Shown one piece after another: positions 1-13,082 of a stretch of 64,000 bases of DNA. The first letter of the stretch is position 1. The number at the start of each line of letters is the position of its first letter. Below the pieces are notes generated by a model. It saw only the letters and a list, made by a program, of their open reading frames with translations. It was not told the origin of the DNA and did no database searches. Source of the DNA: Chiloscyllium plagiosum (lineage: Eukaryota); contig NC_057719.1 in assembly GCF_004010195.1 (NCBI RefSeq), positions 43,926,847 through 43,990,846 on the forward strand. Reading direction: 5' to 3'. The translations under genes were made by a program, and so were the position numbers.

Positions 1-209
1 TAGGTTCTTATATGAAAAAGAAGTTCAACCATGTGAATTTAAAAAACTTGCTGCTGTTTGGCTGCAAAATTAACCTACTTGGATTCTGAAATACAATATT
101 TGGCTTTATTAAAAGTTACACACCAGCTGTTAGATTATCTTTGCAGACACATGGCTAATCCCAAAGTGACAAAACAACAATGCTGCTTTGGCTAAGTGCC
201 TATTATCTT

Positions 210-1160
210 GTTTTATTCACTAGTGGGACATGGGCATCACTGGCTGACCAGCATTTATTGCCTGGACCTAGTTGCCCTTGAGAAAGTAGCAGTGAGCTGC
301 CTTTTTGAACCTTTGCAGTCCACAAGATTTTGACTAAGAGATAGTAAAGGACTGGCAATATATTTCCAAGTCATGGATGAAGGTTTGCTCGCTGAGCTGG
401 AAGGTTCGTTTTCAGAAATAGAAAGCAGGCTACACCACCAGTGTTTCATTCAGAGACTCACTGAAGATGTTACTGAGTATGGTGACGAAATGTCTGAAAA
501 ATGAACCTTTCAGCTCAGTGAACAATCCTACATCCAGAAGCTCAACCTGAGCTACAAATCTTCTCAAAGCTCATTTGCAAGTCAGGGTGGCGAGTGGCTT
601 GGAGAGGAATTTGCAGGTGGTAGTGGTGCTCCAATGCATCTGCTCTTCTAAACGGAAGTGAATGTAGGCTTGGAAAGTGCGAAGAATTAAGATGAATTTC
701 TGAAGTACATCTTGCAAATAGTACACACTGCTGTGACTGAGTAATGGTGGAGGAAGGAGCAGATGTTCGTGGATGTGGTGCCTATCAAGTGGGCTGCTTT
801 GTCCTGGACGGGGTCAACCTTCATGAGAGATGTTGGAGCTGTACCCATTTAAGTAAGTGGGAGTTTTTCATCACACTCCTATCTTGTGCCTTGTAGATGA
901 TGAACAGGTTTTGGGAGTCAGGTGGTATGTTGCTCTCCGGAGTATTCCTAGCCTCTGACCTGTTCTTGTCGCCGTGTTTTTGTGGCAAGTCCAGTTGAGT
1001 TTTCAGTCAATGGTAACTCCAAGAATGTGGATTAGGGGGTGTTCAATGATGGTAACACCACTAAATGTCAAAGGGCAATGATTAGATTGACTCTGATTGG
1101 ACATAGTCATTGCCTGGCATTTATGTGGCATGCATGTTACTTGCCACTTCTTAGCCCTAT
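210..1160 (-). mobile_element. Degraded non-LTR retrotransposon (LINE) 3' fragment
   Basis: Similar to 7250-8050 and 47500-48430 and carries the same 3' tail (...aaatgctgg...cccatg) as those copies; interrupted by the 374-572 insert. Confidence 0.55.
374..572 (+). mobile_element. Penelope-like fold-back insert (family C) with degenerate hammerhead
   Basis: Inverted arms at about 374-416 and 493-536, then a tail; TSD ATTT(C/G)CAAGTCA at 362-373 and 573-584; CTGAAGA..GAAATGTC core at 461-494. The tail resembles that of the 18.9 kb element. Confidence 0.7.
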
Positions 1161-1789
1161 TGTGGGGATGGAGAGAAAGCTGAAGTATTCATTCTCACAT
1201 CAATTGTTTCTTAGCACCAAGTCATGCAATACCAACTACAGTCTACCTCAAAAAAAAACTTTTGAAAGCTAGATGAGGGGCTAAAACACTGTTGAATAAC
1301 AAAATGTAGGGCAAAATAAAACCAAATGAGTGCTAGGTTTGTCGAGTGATTTTAGGGGAAAGGTTAACACAAAAGATGCACTACTTGGAAAATGACTCAA
1401 CTATTGCACACTTAAGGGAATGCTTAGGCTAAGGTAGAAAGAAGAATACAAAGTAGAAGTTCGGGTGTCACTGTAAGAGTGTAGGAACAAAACAGATTTT
1501 CAAATATATTGACAATCTTCAGAAGATGTATTTTCTTTTATAGAATACAAAATACACCTGGTAATTCCCAGAGAAATGAGGTGATTCATTTTGGTACACA
1601 GTATACGAAGACAATAAGGAGAAAGCAGTGGCATAATATTAACATCACTGGACTAGAAATGCAGACTCCTCCTACAGCAATGTAATTGAGCCTTAACAAT
1701 GCGGGATGGGCAATGCTGGCCTAGCGAGAGAGAACGCCACATATCCCAATGAATTAAGAGAACATATAAAAGCTACAACCCTAAAGGGA

Positions 1790-2700
1790 CCTGGCTATAC
1801 ATGTAGACAAATCAATAAGAAGTGGTACGATGTGTTGAAGTAGTTAATAAAGCATGCAGTATCCTGGGCTTTAACAACATGATAGAGTACAAGAGCAAGG
1901 AAGTTACGTTGACCTTGTAACTTGTAGTAGGCTCAACCTCAACCTTGTTCAACCTCAGCTGCAGCATTGCACCCAATTCTAGATCTTACACTTTAGAAAG
2001 GACGTGAAAATACTGGGGAGGGATTGAAAAGATTTACAAAAAGGACTCCGAAGATGAGGATCTTCAGTTATGAAGATAGACTGGAGCAATTAGAACTGTT
2101 TCCTTTCGAAAAGAGACGGCAGAGAGGAGATTAGGTTAGATTGGATTCCCGACAGTATGGAAACAGGCCCTTTGGCCCAACAAGTCCACACCAACCCTCC
2201 GAACAACAACTCACCCAGACCCATTCCACTACATTTACCCCTGCACCTAGCAATACGGGCAATTTACGCAACCTGCACATCTTTGGACTTCACACAGAGA
2301 GTTGCCCAAGGCAGGAATTGAACCCGGATCCCTGGCGCTGTGAGGCAGCAGTGCTCACCACTGAGCTGCCGTGCCGTCCCATCACTTAGGTGTATTCAAA
2401 TCATGAGATGCCTAGACAAAGCAGACAAGGAGAAACTGATCCCATTCAAAGGGATTGAGAATAAGAGGGCACAGACAAGTAATAGCAAAAAGCAAAGCAA
2501 TACACGAAAACTTGTTCATGCAGTGGTAATCAGGGTCTGAAATATGCTGCCCTGAGAGCATGGTAGACACAGGTTCAATCAAGGGATTCAAAAAGAAAGT
2601 AGACATGCAGGGTTACTAGGAGAAGAAAGGATAATGGCACTAGGTGAAAAGCTCATTTGGAGAGCTGGTGCAGACACAAAAGGGTTTCTGTATTCCATAT
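1790..2700 (+). mobile_element. Degraded CR1 LINE 3' fragment interrupted by a SINE
   Basis: Residual similarity to the ORF2 C-terminus of the CR1 at 24300-24900 (EYKS..., YEDRL...). Confidence 0.6.
2130..2381 (-). mobile_element. tRNA-derived HE1/V-type SINE (internally deleted)
   Basis: Reverse complement begins gggacggcacggcagctcagtggtgagcactgctgcctcacagcgccagggatccgggttcaattcc (A/B boxes) and ends in the CR1-like tail shared with the copies at 21958 and 43607. Confidence 0.8.
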
Positions 2701-3365
2701 GCTATAATATTATGTTCTATGCTATAATAATACTGTGATTTAATAATAATGCACACATTAACTTCCTGTTGCAATGTCAACAAATTTACACAGACAAAAT
2801 TAAAACATGATAACAGTTACTATGCAAGGGGTGCTTTTGACATCCAAGTGAAAATTCCTCTAGCAATGCTGTGAACAGTCTCATATTGGTGTCTGATACA
2901 AATGCAAGATGGGTTCCCTAAAATTTAAAACCTTGAAACTATGCCAATTGGATAATGGATATAAAATGCTGGCACACACAAAGTTAAGGGTACTCACATT
3001 AAAAAAAAACACTAAGCCAAATACTATAATGAAACACAAACATTAAAACCATATTTTGCTTTTACATCTTATAAATGGAGATGATGATATTAGAAGGGTC
3101 AATCCATATCCTATCCGTACTTCACTGCAGAACAGTTATCAACAGGATTTACAACCTAATCAAAGCTTACTTCAAATTATTTAAATTAATTTAAACAGTA
3201 ACTTTGATATTATTTTGTGGCAATTACTGAATAATTCCAAATTAAGTGAAAACAGGTAAAAGCTATGAAGCAATTTTTTGCACACTTACATACAGCACTT
3301 GCTTAAACATATTTGCTTTCAAAGCAAATTTTGGGAAAAATTATAAAACAAATTCTTTACTGCAC

Positions 3366-3636
3366 CTGGGAGCACAAGGGTGCCTATACTGAGCTCGCTT
3401 GTTGATGTGATCAACATAATAAACACCAAATTCAGGTGATTCCACTCGCTCCCACCCAGGTGGCAAGCCTTCTCTTTCAAGTGGATGGCTCCAATGAGTT
3501 GTGTTAGTATTATGGTCTATATAGTATTTTCTTCCTCGAATAGTCCAGTCCGCTGACCAACCAAGAGGAAGAGGCAATTCATCAGTACCATGATTTGTTA
3601 GGTTTCCCATGGATGTTGAAGGAACTCTTCCTATGC
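3366..3636 (-). CDS. SAV1: SAV1 coding exon 3 (two WW domains)
   Basis: Translates (G)[89 protein letters not shown], the tandem WW domains of Salvador. Acceptor tttag| at 3637-3638, donor |gtgcag at 3365; 271 nt, phase 1 in, phase 2 out. The downstream SARAH-domain exons were not found in 1-3365. Confidence 0.96.
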
Positions 3637-5609
3637 CTAAACATGCACAGAAAATAAATTAAATATCCTCCTTTAAAGCAAACAAACCATTATGTTGTTA
3701 TTTCTTAAAATAAAAATATCAAGTCTGAAGTTTCTCCAATATAAAATTGTGGATTAACACCTGCAAGGGAAAAATTTCATTCCAATAAACAGGAATCTGG
3801 AGAGACAAACTTGCATTTACATGGATGGAGTTAGAAAGGAGTCTGACTAGATCGTTATACAGAAAACTATGATAAGTTCAATGGGTCAAATGCCCTCCTT
3901 AAACAGCAAAGAGGCCCTTCAGCCTTCAATAATTTAACTGATATTTATATAAAAATGTGACATGTGATCAAAATCCCAATGTCATAAAACCCACTAATCT
4001 GGAACCATTGTAAACTATGGTAGATATTTGAGATGTACAATTTAGTTAGCTTTCACCGTCTTATTGATTACAATATTTGATGATGATATCAGAATAGTTA
4101 ATTTCAGAACTGACATTCAAACACTGTAGCCAAAACTACATATGCAAGTACAAAATGAATTTCCTGCGAAAGAACATGAAAACGTAATAGTCAAACGTGG
4201 ACTGAATCTATTCATATATCTAAACAACTTTCCTTCATATCAGGTCACAAGTAAATGGTATGGTAAACAACAATAGCTAAGTCATGCACTTAAAAGTATG
4301 GCCTTCAGATGAAGTTATAGGACTGATTACCTTATCCAGATCACAAAGACAAAAAAGCTCACAAATATTCAGCAGAAATTGTGGATACAATGCCAATATT
4401 TTAGAAATTAAGAAAAAGTCAGGTATGTATCTGGACCAATCAGATATGAGCACATCCAATTAGGAGTGAAAACCCAGGATATCAATATTGGCAAAATGTA
4501 AACATTGCTGGTAAACTATTGAATAGCGTCAGTTTCTTCTCCACTCAAAAATCGAATAGTTGGAACATAGTTTCTGTAATTCTTGCCTCTTTCAAAGAAC
4601 TGTCAAAAGGAAAAAAGCTGCTGCATATCGCAGTAGCTAAACATTCTTCAGTTTCAATAGCATGGTCTTCATGTCCAAACTAGCATAATGTCACAATTTC
4701 AACAAGATCTTGTGAACCTCTCGAGATAACCAGAATGGTTTCACTGGATCCATTTATGAGGAGATCTTGTTCTTGGCTAGTGCCTACAACTAGGCACTAT
4801 ATTAACTACAGTAGCAAACAAATGTCCAATGACAATACCACCAGTAGCTGCATGGCATCAAGACAAAGGTCGAAAAGAAATTCCCACTGGCATTAATCTC
4901 AACAATGGAGATAACCAAAGTCGACACCATCCTAGAAATTGTGATGCAGTTGAGTCTTGCCTCCCCATATAACAGAGATACAGACATAATCAGATAATTC
5001 TGACTTTTTAACCGGCAAATTGGTTTGTTGCTGACCATAAAAATATGTGGGTGCTTTTGCAGTTTTACTTTCCTTCACCTTGATTTTCCTACTGCACAAG
5101 TGCATTCAAAATCTGCTAGCTGTCACGATGTGCAGCATTACTAGAACAAATTCAAGGTAAACCAACTGCAGCAAATTACAAACGCAAATTTATCAGCATC
5201 CGTGAAGGGAAAAGGAAAAGACCGAATTATTGCTTTGCTATTTTCCTCAAATATCGTTAGAAGATCCTGATCTTAAAAATGCTGCTGTAGAAAACTTATT
5301 TACTTTCTCCAGCAATACTTCAGCGTGCTGCTCTGAAAATCTGATGTCAGCAAACTCAAATCTCAGCAACACGTCCACTTTTGAACGGTAGAGTGTTTTG
5401 CAATTGTGGGATAGTGCCACACTTTCAAGGGTGGGTGAAAGTGGCAGCTTTAGCCAAAATTAGATTGGAACATGGCATGGAGAGTGTGCTTTCTCTTACA
5501 TTCATCCTTTTAGGGAACATCCAGATTGTCTTCAGCACAGCGTTAGTAAGAGATTTTTGTACTTTGATTTTATTCAATTTTCTTCCTTTATTTGGAAACA
5601 CTGGCTTTC

Positions 5610-5775
5610 AAAGCACTGCTTCTTCATCAGGTGGTTGTGGAGCAGGACCTGCTTCCCCCCTCCCATTTATCTCTCAGCTCTTTGGCATTCCTGATGAAGG
5701 GCTTATGCCCGAAATGTCAATTCTCCTGCTCTTCGAATGCTGCCTGACTTGCTGTGCTTTTCCAGCACCACACAA
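5610..5775 (+). mobile_element. Penelope-like terminal fragments with hammerhead motif
   Basis: CTGATGA-AGGGCTTATGCCC-GAAATGTC at 5691-5718 followed by family-B terminal sequence; preceded by a short inverted family-A piece (cttcatcaggtggttgtggag). Confidence 0.65.
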
Positions 5776-7249
5776 CCAAAATACAACCTGTTTTATTGCA
5801 GATCAGACAGCCGTATCACAAATCAAATAGAATTCTTCATTTTTCTTAACTGTTGCCTTTGCTTTTTGCAGACCAGAGATTAATAATTGCCAAAACAAAG
5901 AAATACTTGAATTTGTATGATGCCTTTAATGACCTCAGGATGTCCCAAAACACTTTAAATCAAGTATATCCGCATTCTGAAGTGTATTTACCACGGAACT
6001 GCAAGACAATGCCACTGAGCTAGTGCTGGAGAAACTCAGGTCTGGCCGGCCCTGTAGAGAGAAAAACAAAGTTTCATTCAGAATTCATCACAACTTTACT
6101 TCTGAATTGGAAATCTTTGAAACAGGAGTTATATTGGATTTCAAATTCTATATCTTTCTTTCTTCACAGAAACAGCCAGACCTAGGAGTTCCTCCAGCAT
6201 TTTCTACTTTTATTCGGATTTCCAACATCTGCAGTTTTTTTTGCTTTTGTGTTTGAAAATGAAATGCAAACATACCACATCTAAGACATTTACATAGCTT
6301 TATGGCAGTTAATTAAGTAACGAATTAAGCAGACAAGCAGAAACAATTAGAAATACAGAAGTGCAATGTGTGGGGGTCAGGATGCTTCATGCTGGAGAGT
6401 AAAATCCTGCTCATCCATAGGTATAAAGCCAGGAATCTCAATTTTCAAGTCTCTTTGAAAAAAAACTTACTTAATGCGAAAAATGTTTGGACTCTTCTCG
6501 AAATTGCAGTGAAACTTCAGATGTAACTCATTTGTTACAGCGAGTTACAAACTGAACCGCATACAATCCCACGCAATGTCTCCTCTTCTTGGAAATAATG
6601 GACAGCATCGCCTGCTCAAATGAAGGCTTATGTTGGTGAAATACCCTGGTTAATCATATGTTGTGAATCTGACTCAAAAGATGCTTCACTTGCAATTTGT
6701 AAAACAGCAGAATCTTCTGAATTTTGCTATGATAGTTTTATAAATAAATAGATTTCAGCTTTTGCAATATTTAAAATTCATCATTATGTTAGTAACATTT
6801 CAAGAGAATCTTATATTAGGAAGTATTACATTCATACTTTGGAGAATTGTCTATACACTAACACTGCATTTGAACTTTAAATGACATGAGAATACCCTTT
6901 TCTCAATTAGCCAAGTCTTATACTTCTTGGCCTCTCCCCAATGCAGCTCTTAAAAACTTTTGAACTCTGGTGACATTCCCAAGTTCATAGACATAGACAT
7001 ATCCTTTTAATTTCACTGAGCTGAAGTACTGATAAAACCCAGCGCAACAACAACAGAAATCATGTCTGATCAACTATTAAACAATCAACTTCAAAAGTAC
7101 AAGCCAATAAAAATTGAAGAGAGGAATGATCAGACTGCAAATGTTCTATTGCCAATGCAGAGTCAGTCATTAAGCCTTGAGCTCGATTCCTAGACTTTGA
7201 TGAGCATGGAAGATGCAACATAATAATCAACCTGTAAATTCATTTTTAT

Positions 7250-9065
7250 TCACTCATGAATATCACTGATTGGGCAAGCATTTATCATCCAACTAGTTGA
7301 CTTTGAGAAGTTGATGGTGGGATGCCCTCTTGAACTGCTGCAGTCCATTAGATATAGGGCGCACTCACAATGCCTTTAGGATGGGAATTCTAGGATTTTG
7401 ATCAAGAGACTGAAGCAATGGCAATATATATCCAAGGCACATGCTGGGTTGTTTGGAAGATAACCTGCAGTGCTATCCAATCCATCTTCAGCTCTCGTCC
7501 TTCGAAATTGTAGCAGCTTGTCCTTCAAAATGTGGAAGGTGCTACTAAGGAGCCTTGGTGAATTTTTACAGTGAATTTTGTACATGGTACAAACTGGCTA
7601 TTAAGCATTGGTGATGGAGGAAGTGAATGCTTTTGGATCTGGTGCTTATCAAATAGGCTATTTATCCTGGATGGTATCAAGATTCAAGTGTTGTTGCAGC
7701 TGTACTCATCCATGCAAGTGGATATTGTAGAAGTAGGTATACAGACTTTAGGAAGACACGAGGTGAGCTACTCACACAGGACTCCTGGCCTCTGATCTAA
7801 TCTTGCAGCTACAAAATTTATATAGCTAGTCCAATACGTTTATGGTCAATAGTAACACCCAGGTTGTTGATAGTGGAGAGGAATTCAGTGATGGTGGTGC
7901 CACTGAATATCAAGGGGCAACAGTAAGATATAATTTTGGAGATGGTCTTGGCCTTGTCTGGCACAAATGTTACTTGCCACTTGTCAGTCCAAACATGGAA
8001 ACTGTGCAGGTCTTGCTACATTTGAACATGAATTGCTTCATCTCCCACACCCTCAACCCTGATCCCTACAGACACTGGTTTTGCTGGGAGTCCTAAATGC
8101 CAGACTGACAAATGCGGCCTTGATGTTTAGGACTCTCACTTTACTGCTTGAATTCATCCCTACTGTCCATGCTTAGAATAGGGCAGTAATAAGTTCATGA
8201 ACTAAATGGCCTTAGTGGAACCCAAACTGAGCACTGAGCAGGTTATCAATGCTTGATAGCATTGTTAATGGCACCTTCCATCACTTTATTAATGAACAAG
8301 GCCAGACTGATGGGCTGTAAATTGACCAGGTTCAATTTATCTTAATTTGTACAGGACATATCTGGGCAACTTTATACATTGTCAGGTAGATGTCGGTTTA
8401 GTAAGTCTACTGGAAAAGCTTGGCTAGGGATATGGCAAGTTCTGGAACATGTATTCAGTACTATTGTTAGAATTTTGCACAGGGTCCATAGCCTTTCCAC
8501 TATTCAGTGCCTCTAGATATTTCTTTATATCACATGGAGTAAATCAAATAGGTTCAAGACTGGCATCTATGATGCTGGGATCCTGGGAGATGGTCAAGAT
8601 GGATTACTGCTCATCACTTTTGGTTGAAGATTGTTGCAGATGCTTCAGCCTCATCTTTTGCACTGATGTGCTGGGCTCCCCCATCATTGAGGATGGGAAT
8701 ATTTGTAGAGATGCCTGCTCCAACAAGTTGCTTAATTGTCCACACTATTCATGACTGAATGTGGCAGGACTGCAGAACAAATCTGGTCCGATTGTGTGGA
8801 ATCGCTTAGCCCCTATTGTGTCACTTGTTGTCTGTGCTACTTGGCATGTATATTCCCCGTTCTGTAGCTCTACCAAGTCAAGATATCATTTTTAGATATA
8901 GCCAGTGCTGGTCCTGGCATGCTTCCCTTCACCCTTCACTGATCCAAGCTAGATGCTCTGCTTGATAGTATGGCAGAATGGGGAACATGCCAGGTCAGAT
9001 GGTTGCAGATTGCGTTGGAGTACTATTCTGTTGCTGATGGCCCACAGCACCTCATGATGCCCATT
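7250..9065 (-). mobile_element. Degraded LINE (clade uncertain)
   Basis: Long decayed sequence similar to 210-1160, 47500-48430 and 52170-52620; no intact ORF. Confidence 0.6.
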
Positions 9066-9375
9066 GGACTTAGGGGACAATCTAGTGACCTATTACTTAC
9101 TATGAAAACATATATAAGCCACTAAATGAGAAAAACTACTGCTCCCAAAATAAAGTGAAAGAAATGCTCAACACTCAATAGTCCTGTATTCAGTCTCAAA
9201 TCTCCATCAAAAGCTGAGTATCATTAAGCACAAGATAATGTACTTCTTATTCAGTTAAGCTTTTTAGTAAGAGATACATAATTGCACGAGTTATAATACA
9301 GTACTTATATCTAAAACCACAGACAACCATTAACAAAAAATCAATTTGCAGGCGAGCTTTTAATGGTGTGCCTTA

Positions 9376-10103
9376 CAGGTAGTTCTGGGATAACGAGTCA
9401 AGATTAGAGTGGCGCTGGAAAAGCACAACAGGTCAGGCAGCATCCTAGGAGCAGGAAAATCAATGTTTCGGGCAGAAGGCATTCTTCAGGGCTTTTGCCC
9501 AAACCATCGCATTTCCTGCTCCTCAGATGTTGTGCTTTTCCAGCACCACTCTAATCTTGACTCTAATCTCCAGCATCTGCAGTACCCAGTTTCACCTAGC
9601 TCTGGGATAATGCGCATTCTGGCAGCATGATTTAGCTATAACATGGCTGAAGAATATGGGAACAACATTTTGGAGAATGCTTACTTCTGTTGGCAATAGC
9701 GCATTTCCAGCTGGGATCAGTTCGCATGCTTCATTCTGCGCATGCATCAACGTGCATGCTGAAATCTCTGCTCTGCATGTGCACTGGTGTCCGTGCATGA
9801 GTGACGCCGGTGCCAGTTTTCATGCCATTCTGTGCATGTGCTGATGTCAGTTGCTGACACAGCAGCTTTCTGTGGGAGGTACTGTATAGAGAGCAGCTTT
9901 CTTTTTTGTTTAAATGTACGGTGCTAAATTTACTTTTCTTTCATTAATAAATATTATTTCAACCTTCATTCAGGATGCATTATACTTTGCTTGACCTTTC
10001 AGTGATTTTTGAATGATAATGAGTAATAATTTTTGGTCTGCCCCAAACCCACTTTTCCCATAGGCCCCATAATGCAACTACAGTGTTACAGGAGAACTAA
10101 CTG
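9376..10103. mobile_element. Probable Tc1/mariner (Tigger-like) non-autonomous DNA transposon
   Basis: TA|CAGGTAGTTCT... and ...AGAACTAACTG|TA imperfect terminal inverted repeats with TA flanks; the left TIR is interrupted by the 9394-9596 insert. Confidence 0.5.
9394..9596 (+). mobile_element. Penelope-like fold-back insert (family B)
   Basis: Inverted arms from gagtcaagattagagtgg (9395) to ccactctaatcttgactc (9563), plus a 33-nt tail; TSD TAG(T/C)TCTGGGATAA at 9380-9393 and 9597-9610. Confidence 0.75.
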
Positions 10104-10126
10104 TATATCCAACTTGACGTTATGTT

Positions 10127-10180
10127 GAATGTGTGGTGCTGGAAAAGCACAGCAGGTCAGACAGCATCCAAGGAGCAAGA
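10127..10180 (-). mobile_element. 54-nt Penelope-like terminal fragment (family B)
   Basis: tgtggtgctggaaaagcacagcaggtcagacagcatcc flanked by a perfect 11-bp TSD GACGTTATGTT (10116-10126, 10181-10191). Confidence 0.75.
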
Positions 10181-11055
10181 GACGTTATGTTAGCCAAGAA
10201 GAACTTTTTACTATTCAATATTACTTTAATATACACCTAAACTACTGCAAAGAGAGGATGGAACATCACAGTTAAAACCAGAATGCAACATTATCTGAAT
10301 ATTGAATGTCAACTTAGTTTGAATTCAAACTATGAGTAGGGTTAAACCTTTAACCTCTGGTTCAGAAGTAAGAATGCTACTGAGCAAAGCTGACAAGCAG
10401 CCTTGCTCATGAACTGCTTGGTAAGTTTACCTCAATTCTGTTATTTCACAGACCATTTCAGTGATTAACAATTTTCAGATTGTAAAGTAGCAGACATTAA
10501 AGACACAGGTCAATGGCAACACTTCACAGTTGGAATGATATACATGAAAACAGCTGTCAGGGATGCACGAGATAAATAACAACCTGACAAATAAGGACCT
10601 GACAAATTGAGAGAGTCATTGAGTAGATCATGGACATAAAGCAACTCTTGAATCATAGACCAATTTTGCTATAGCTTCATCTTCAGCTTGCAGATCTTTA
10701 ACAAATAAATCATAGTGAAACAATAATACAATGATTTACCTTTTAGTATCATGGTGCAATTCTGGACAGCCCTGAAGCAATTAATTTTGTACGCTTTGAA
10801 AACACTTTTGTAGCACAATTGAAAGGTTGTTTAATGTAAGAGCAAACTGGTTGATGTGCAGTGAGTCTGGATACACTAGTGAATCATTTACTTCAAATGA
10901 ACGGCATCACCGTTATACCAAGGAAACCAGATGTCTGAATAAAGTCCTAACTTGAATGTGCATCATTGGAATTACAGAAAAGGAGAGATCAAATATGTAC
11001 AAAGTTAAAAATCACACAACACCAGGTTATAGTCCAACAGGTTTAATTGGAAGCA

Positions 11056-11090
11056 CACTAGCTTTCGGAGCGACGCTCCTTCATCAGGTG
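11056..11090 (-). ncRNA. Minimal type I hammerhead ribozyme (sense to SAV1 pre-mRNA)
   Basis: Minus strand reads CAC-CUGAUGA-A-GGAGC-GUC-GCUCC-GAAA-GC-UA/GUG: intact core, stem II, palindromic AGCU stem III, CAC/GUG stem I. Confidence 0.8.
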
Positions 11091-11244
11091 ATTGTGGAGG
11101 GCTCGATCGTAACACAGAATTTATAGCAAAAATTTGCAGTGTGATGTAACTGAAATTATACATTGAAGGACCTGTATAATTTCAGTTACATCACACTGCA
11201 AATTTTTCCTATAAATGTTGTGTTACGATCGAGTCCTCCACAAT

Positions 11245-11279
11245 CACCTGATGAAGGAGCGTCGCTCCGAAAGCTAGTG
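11245..11279 (+). ncRNA. Minimal type I hammerhead ribozyme (mirror copy)
   Basis: cac-ctgatga-a-ggagc-gtc-gctcc-gaaa-gc-ta-gtg on the + strand. Confidence 0.8.
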
Positions 11280-12184
11280 TGCTTCCAATTAAACCTGTTG
11301 GACTATAACCTGGTGCTGTGTGATTTTTAACTTTGTACACCCCAGTCCAACACCGGCATCTCCAAATCATCAAATATGTAAATATTGAGCATTAGTAGAA
11401 GCTTAATTGAAACTGGCAAAAAATATTGATAACATTATCTTTTGAGGCTCTGACACAGTAAAGCACACCATACCCTCATCCTGTGGTGTAGCTCAACGGA
11501 GACATTTTAATATGACCATTAAAGACTGAGCGGGGGAAAAAAAATCATTAAACATTCAATGCTGCAACATGCCAATTACCAAAAATAGTTAAACCACAGG
11601 CAGAAAAGTCTAAAGTTAGTAGATGCTCATTTTGACTTTAGTCATTTGAAATTGACACAGATCAAACATAGAAATGCTGAAAGTTGAATCAACCTAAACC
11701 AGTAACCCTACTGCTAATTATAAGTCTGATTTTCAGAATATGGCCCTGATTTACTTCAAAAGGAAGAACTCTTTAATGTCGCCATGGATGCAAAGCTACA
11801 ATGCAAATTACTAGACCAACATTGTGAAATTAACATGAATACAGCAAAGATATTGATGCAGTTTCCCCTAAAGAATATACCAGTTCTTTAGTGACAGGAC
11901 GGCTGATCACTTCAAACTTGAAATTTCTTAGACCCTTGTTGAAACATTTAGTTTTAGCTAATACATTGTAGTAGTATATCTGGCAGCCATCTTTCAAATT
12001 ATACCATAAGAATCTAAACTTTAAGAACAAATAATGATGGTGTATTGTTGCACCATGTAACATTTAAAAAATAGCAAGTGAGAAAGGGGCAAAATTACAA
12101 ATCACACAATAACTAAATTCTCCATGTGATTTTGGGAAAAACCAATACCTGCCCCCAAATGATATTCATGAGCAGAAATCTTAC

Positions 12185-12631
12185 CTACTGGAAGTCTGGT
12201 TTGCCCCTGTGGTAAATGTGGAAAAGGATCAGGATTGTGATCATAATATCTATAGTCATTGCAGAACCGCTCAGCTATGTGCCGTCGTCTTTGTCCATCT
12301 TCATAATACGGTTCAGGATAATAGTAACGGGTAGAAGGCTGAACAGCATCACCATTTTCAGAGGAATTAATTTCAGCTAGAAAGGATTGTGACGAGACAC
12401 CATATTCTCGAGGAACTTCGGACAGATTACGTGTGATGTAGGAAGGTCCTGAAGGCCTGCTACTTTCACGTCTAATGATATCACGTGCTGGCCTTTGGAC
12501 TGGGCCGCGCACAAAACTTTGGTTTCGGGAAACAAGATCAATTGAGGGATAAACAGAAGTCCCCGGATCCACTAAAACATCAGTCCGCCTTGGAATGGTT
12601 GGCCCATGGCGAATAAATGAAGGCATTAAAT
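12185..12631 (-). CDS. SAV1: SAV1 coding exon 2
   Basis: (N)LMPSFIRHGPTIPRRTD...QTRLPV(G); acceptor tacag| at 12632-12633, donor |gtaag at 12184; 447 nt, phase 1/1, joins exons 1 and 3 in frame. Confidence 0.95.
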
Positions 12632-12723
12632 CTGTAATTAAGAGACAGACAAGCATTACACAATAGTTTATAGGTCTTTAGTACATGAAATCAAAATATT
12701 TTCTGTGCAATATTCAACATAAA

Positions 12724-13082
12724 GGGAGGGGATGGCCTAGTGGTATCATCGCTAGGCCATTAATCTGGAGACTCTGGGAATGTTCTGGGGCTCAGGATTC
12801 AAATCCCACCATGGCAGATAGCAAAACTTGAATTCGTATAAACAAAGAACTAAAATTAGGAACCTAGCGGCCATGAATCCACTGCTGATTGTTGGAAAAA
12901 ATCCATCTGGTTCACTAATGTCTTTTAGGGAGGGAAACTGCCACCCTTACCTGGTCTGGACTACATTTGACTCCAGACTCTCAGCAATGTGGCCAACTCT
13001 TAACTGCCCTCTGGGATGGGGAATGGGGGATAAATGCTTGTCTCGCCAGCAATGCCCTCATCACATGGATGAATAAATAAAA
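12724..13082 (+). mobile_element. tRNA-derived SINE with LINE-derived tail (second SINE family)
   Basis: A-box tggcctagtgg, B-box ggattcaaatccc, core ccatctggttcactaatgtc; ends in gaataaataa. Related partial copies at about 19550, 39375, 45400, 46500, 48590, 49440 and 58825. Confidence 0.7.

Larger units (their letters stand above)
11000..11368 (+). mobile_element. Penelope-like fold-back insert (family A), 167-bp near-perfect inverted arms
   Basis: Arms 10996-11162 and 11173-11339, 10-nt loop, about 30-nt tail; perfect TSD ATCAAATATGTA at 10988-10999 and 11369-11380. Confidence 0.85.

Noticed and set aside
1..3365. SAV1 exons 4-5 (SARAH domain)
   Set aside because: No sequence encoding VPRYDQPPP or IPDWLQVY-like motifs was found; these exons presumably lie beyond the left edge.
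5381..5830. 149-aa plus-strand ORF
   Set aside because: No recognisable domain; it runs through Penelope-like terminal fragments within SAV1 intron 2.
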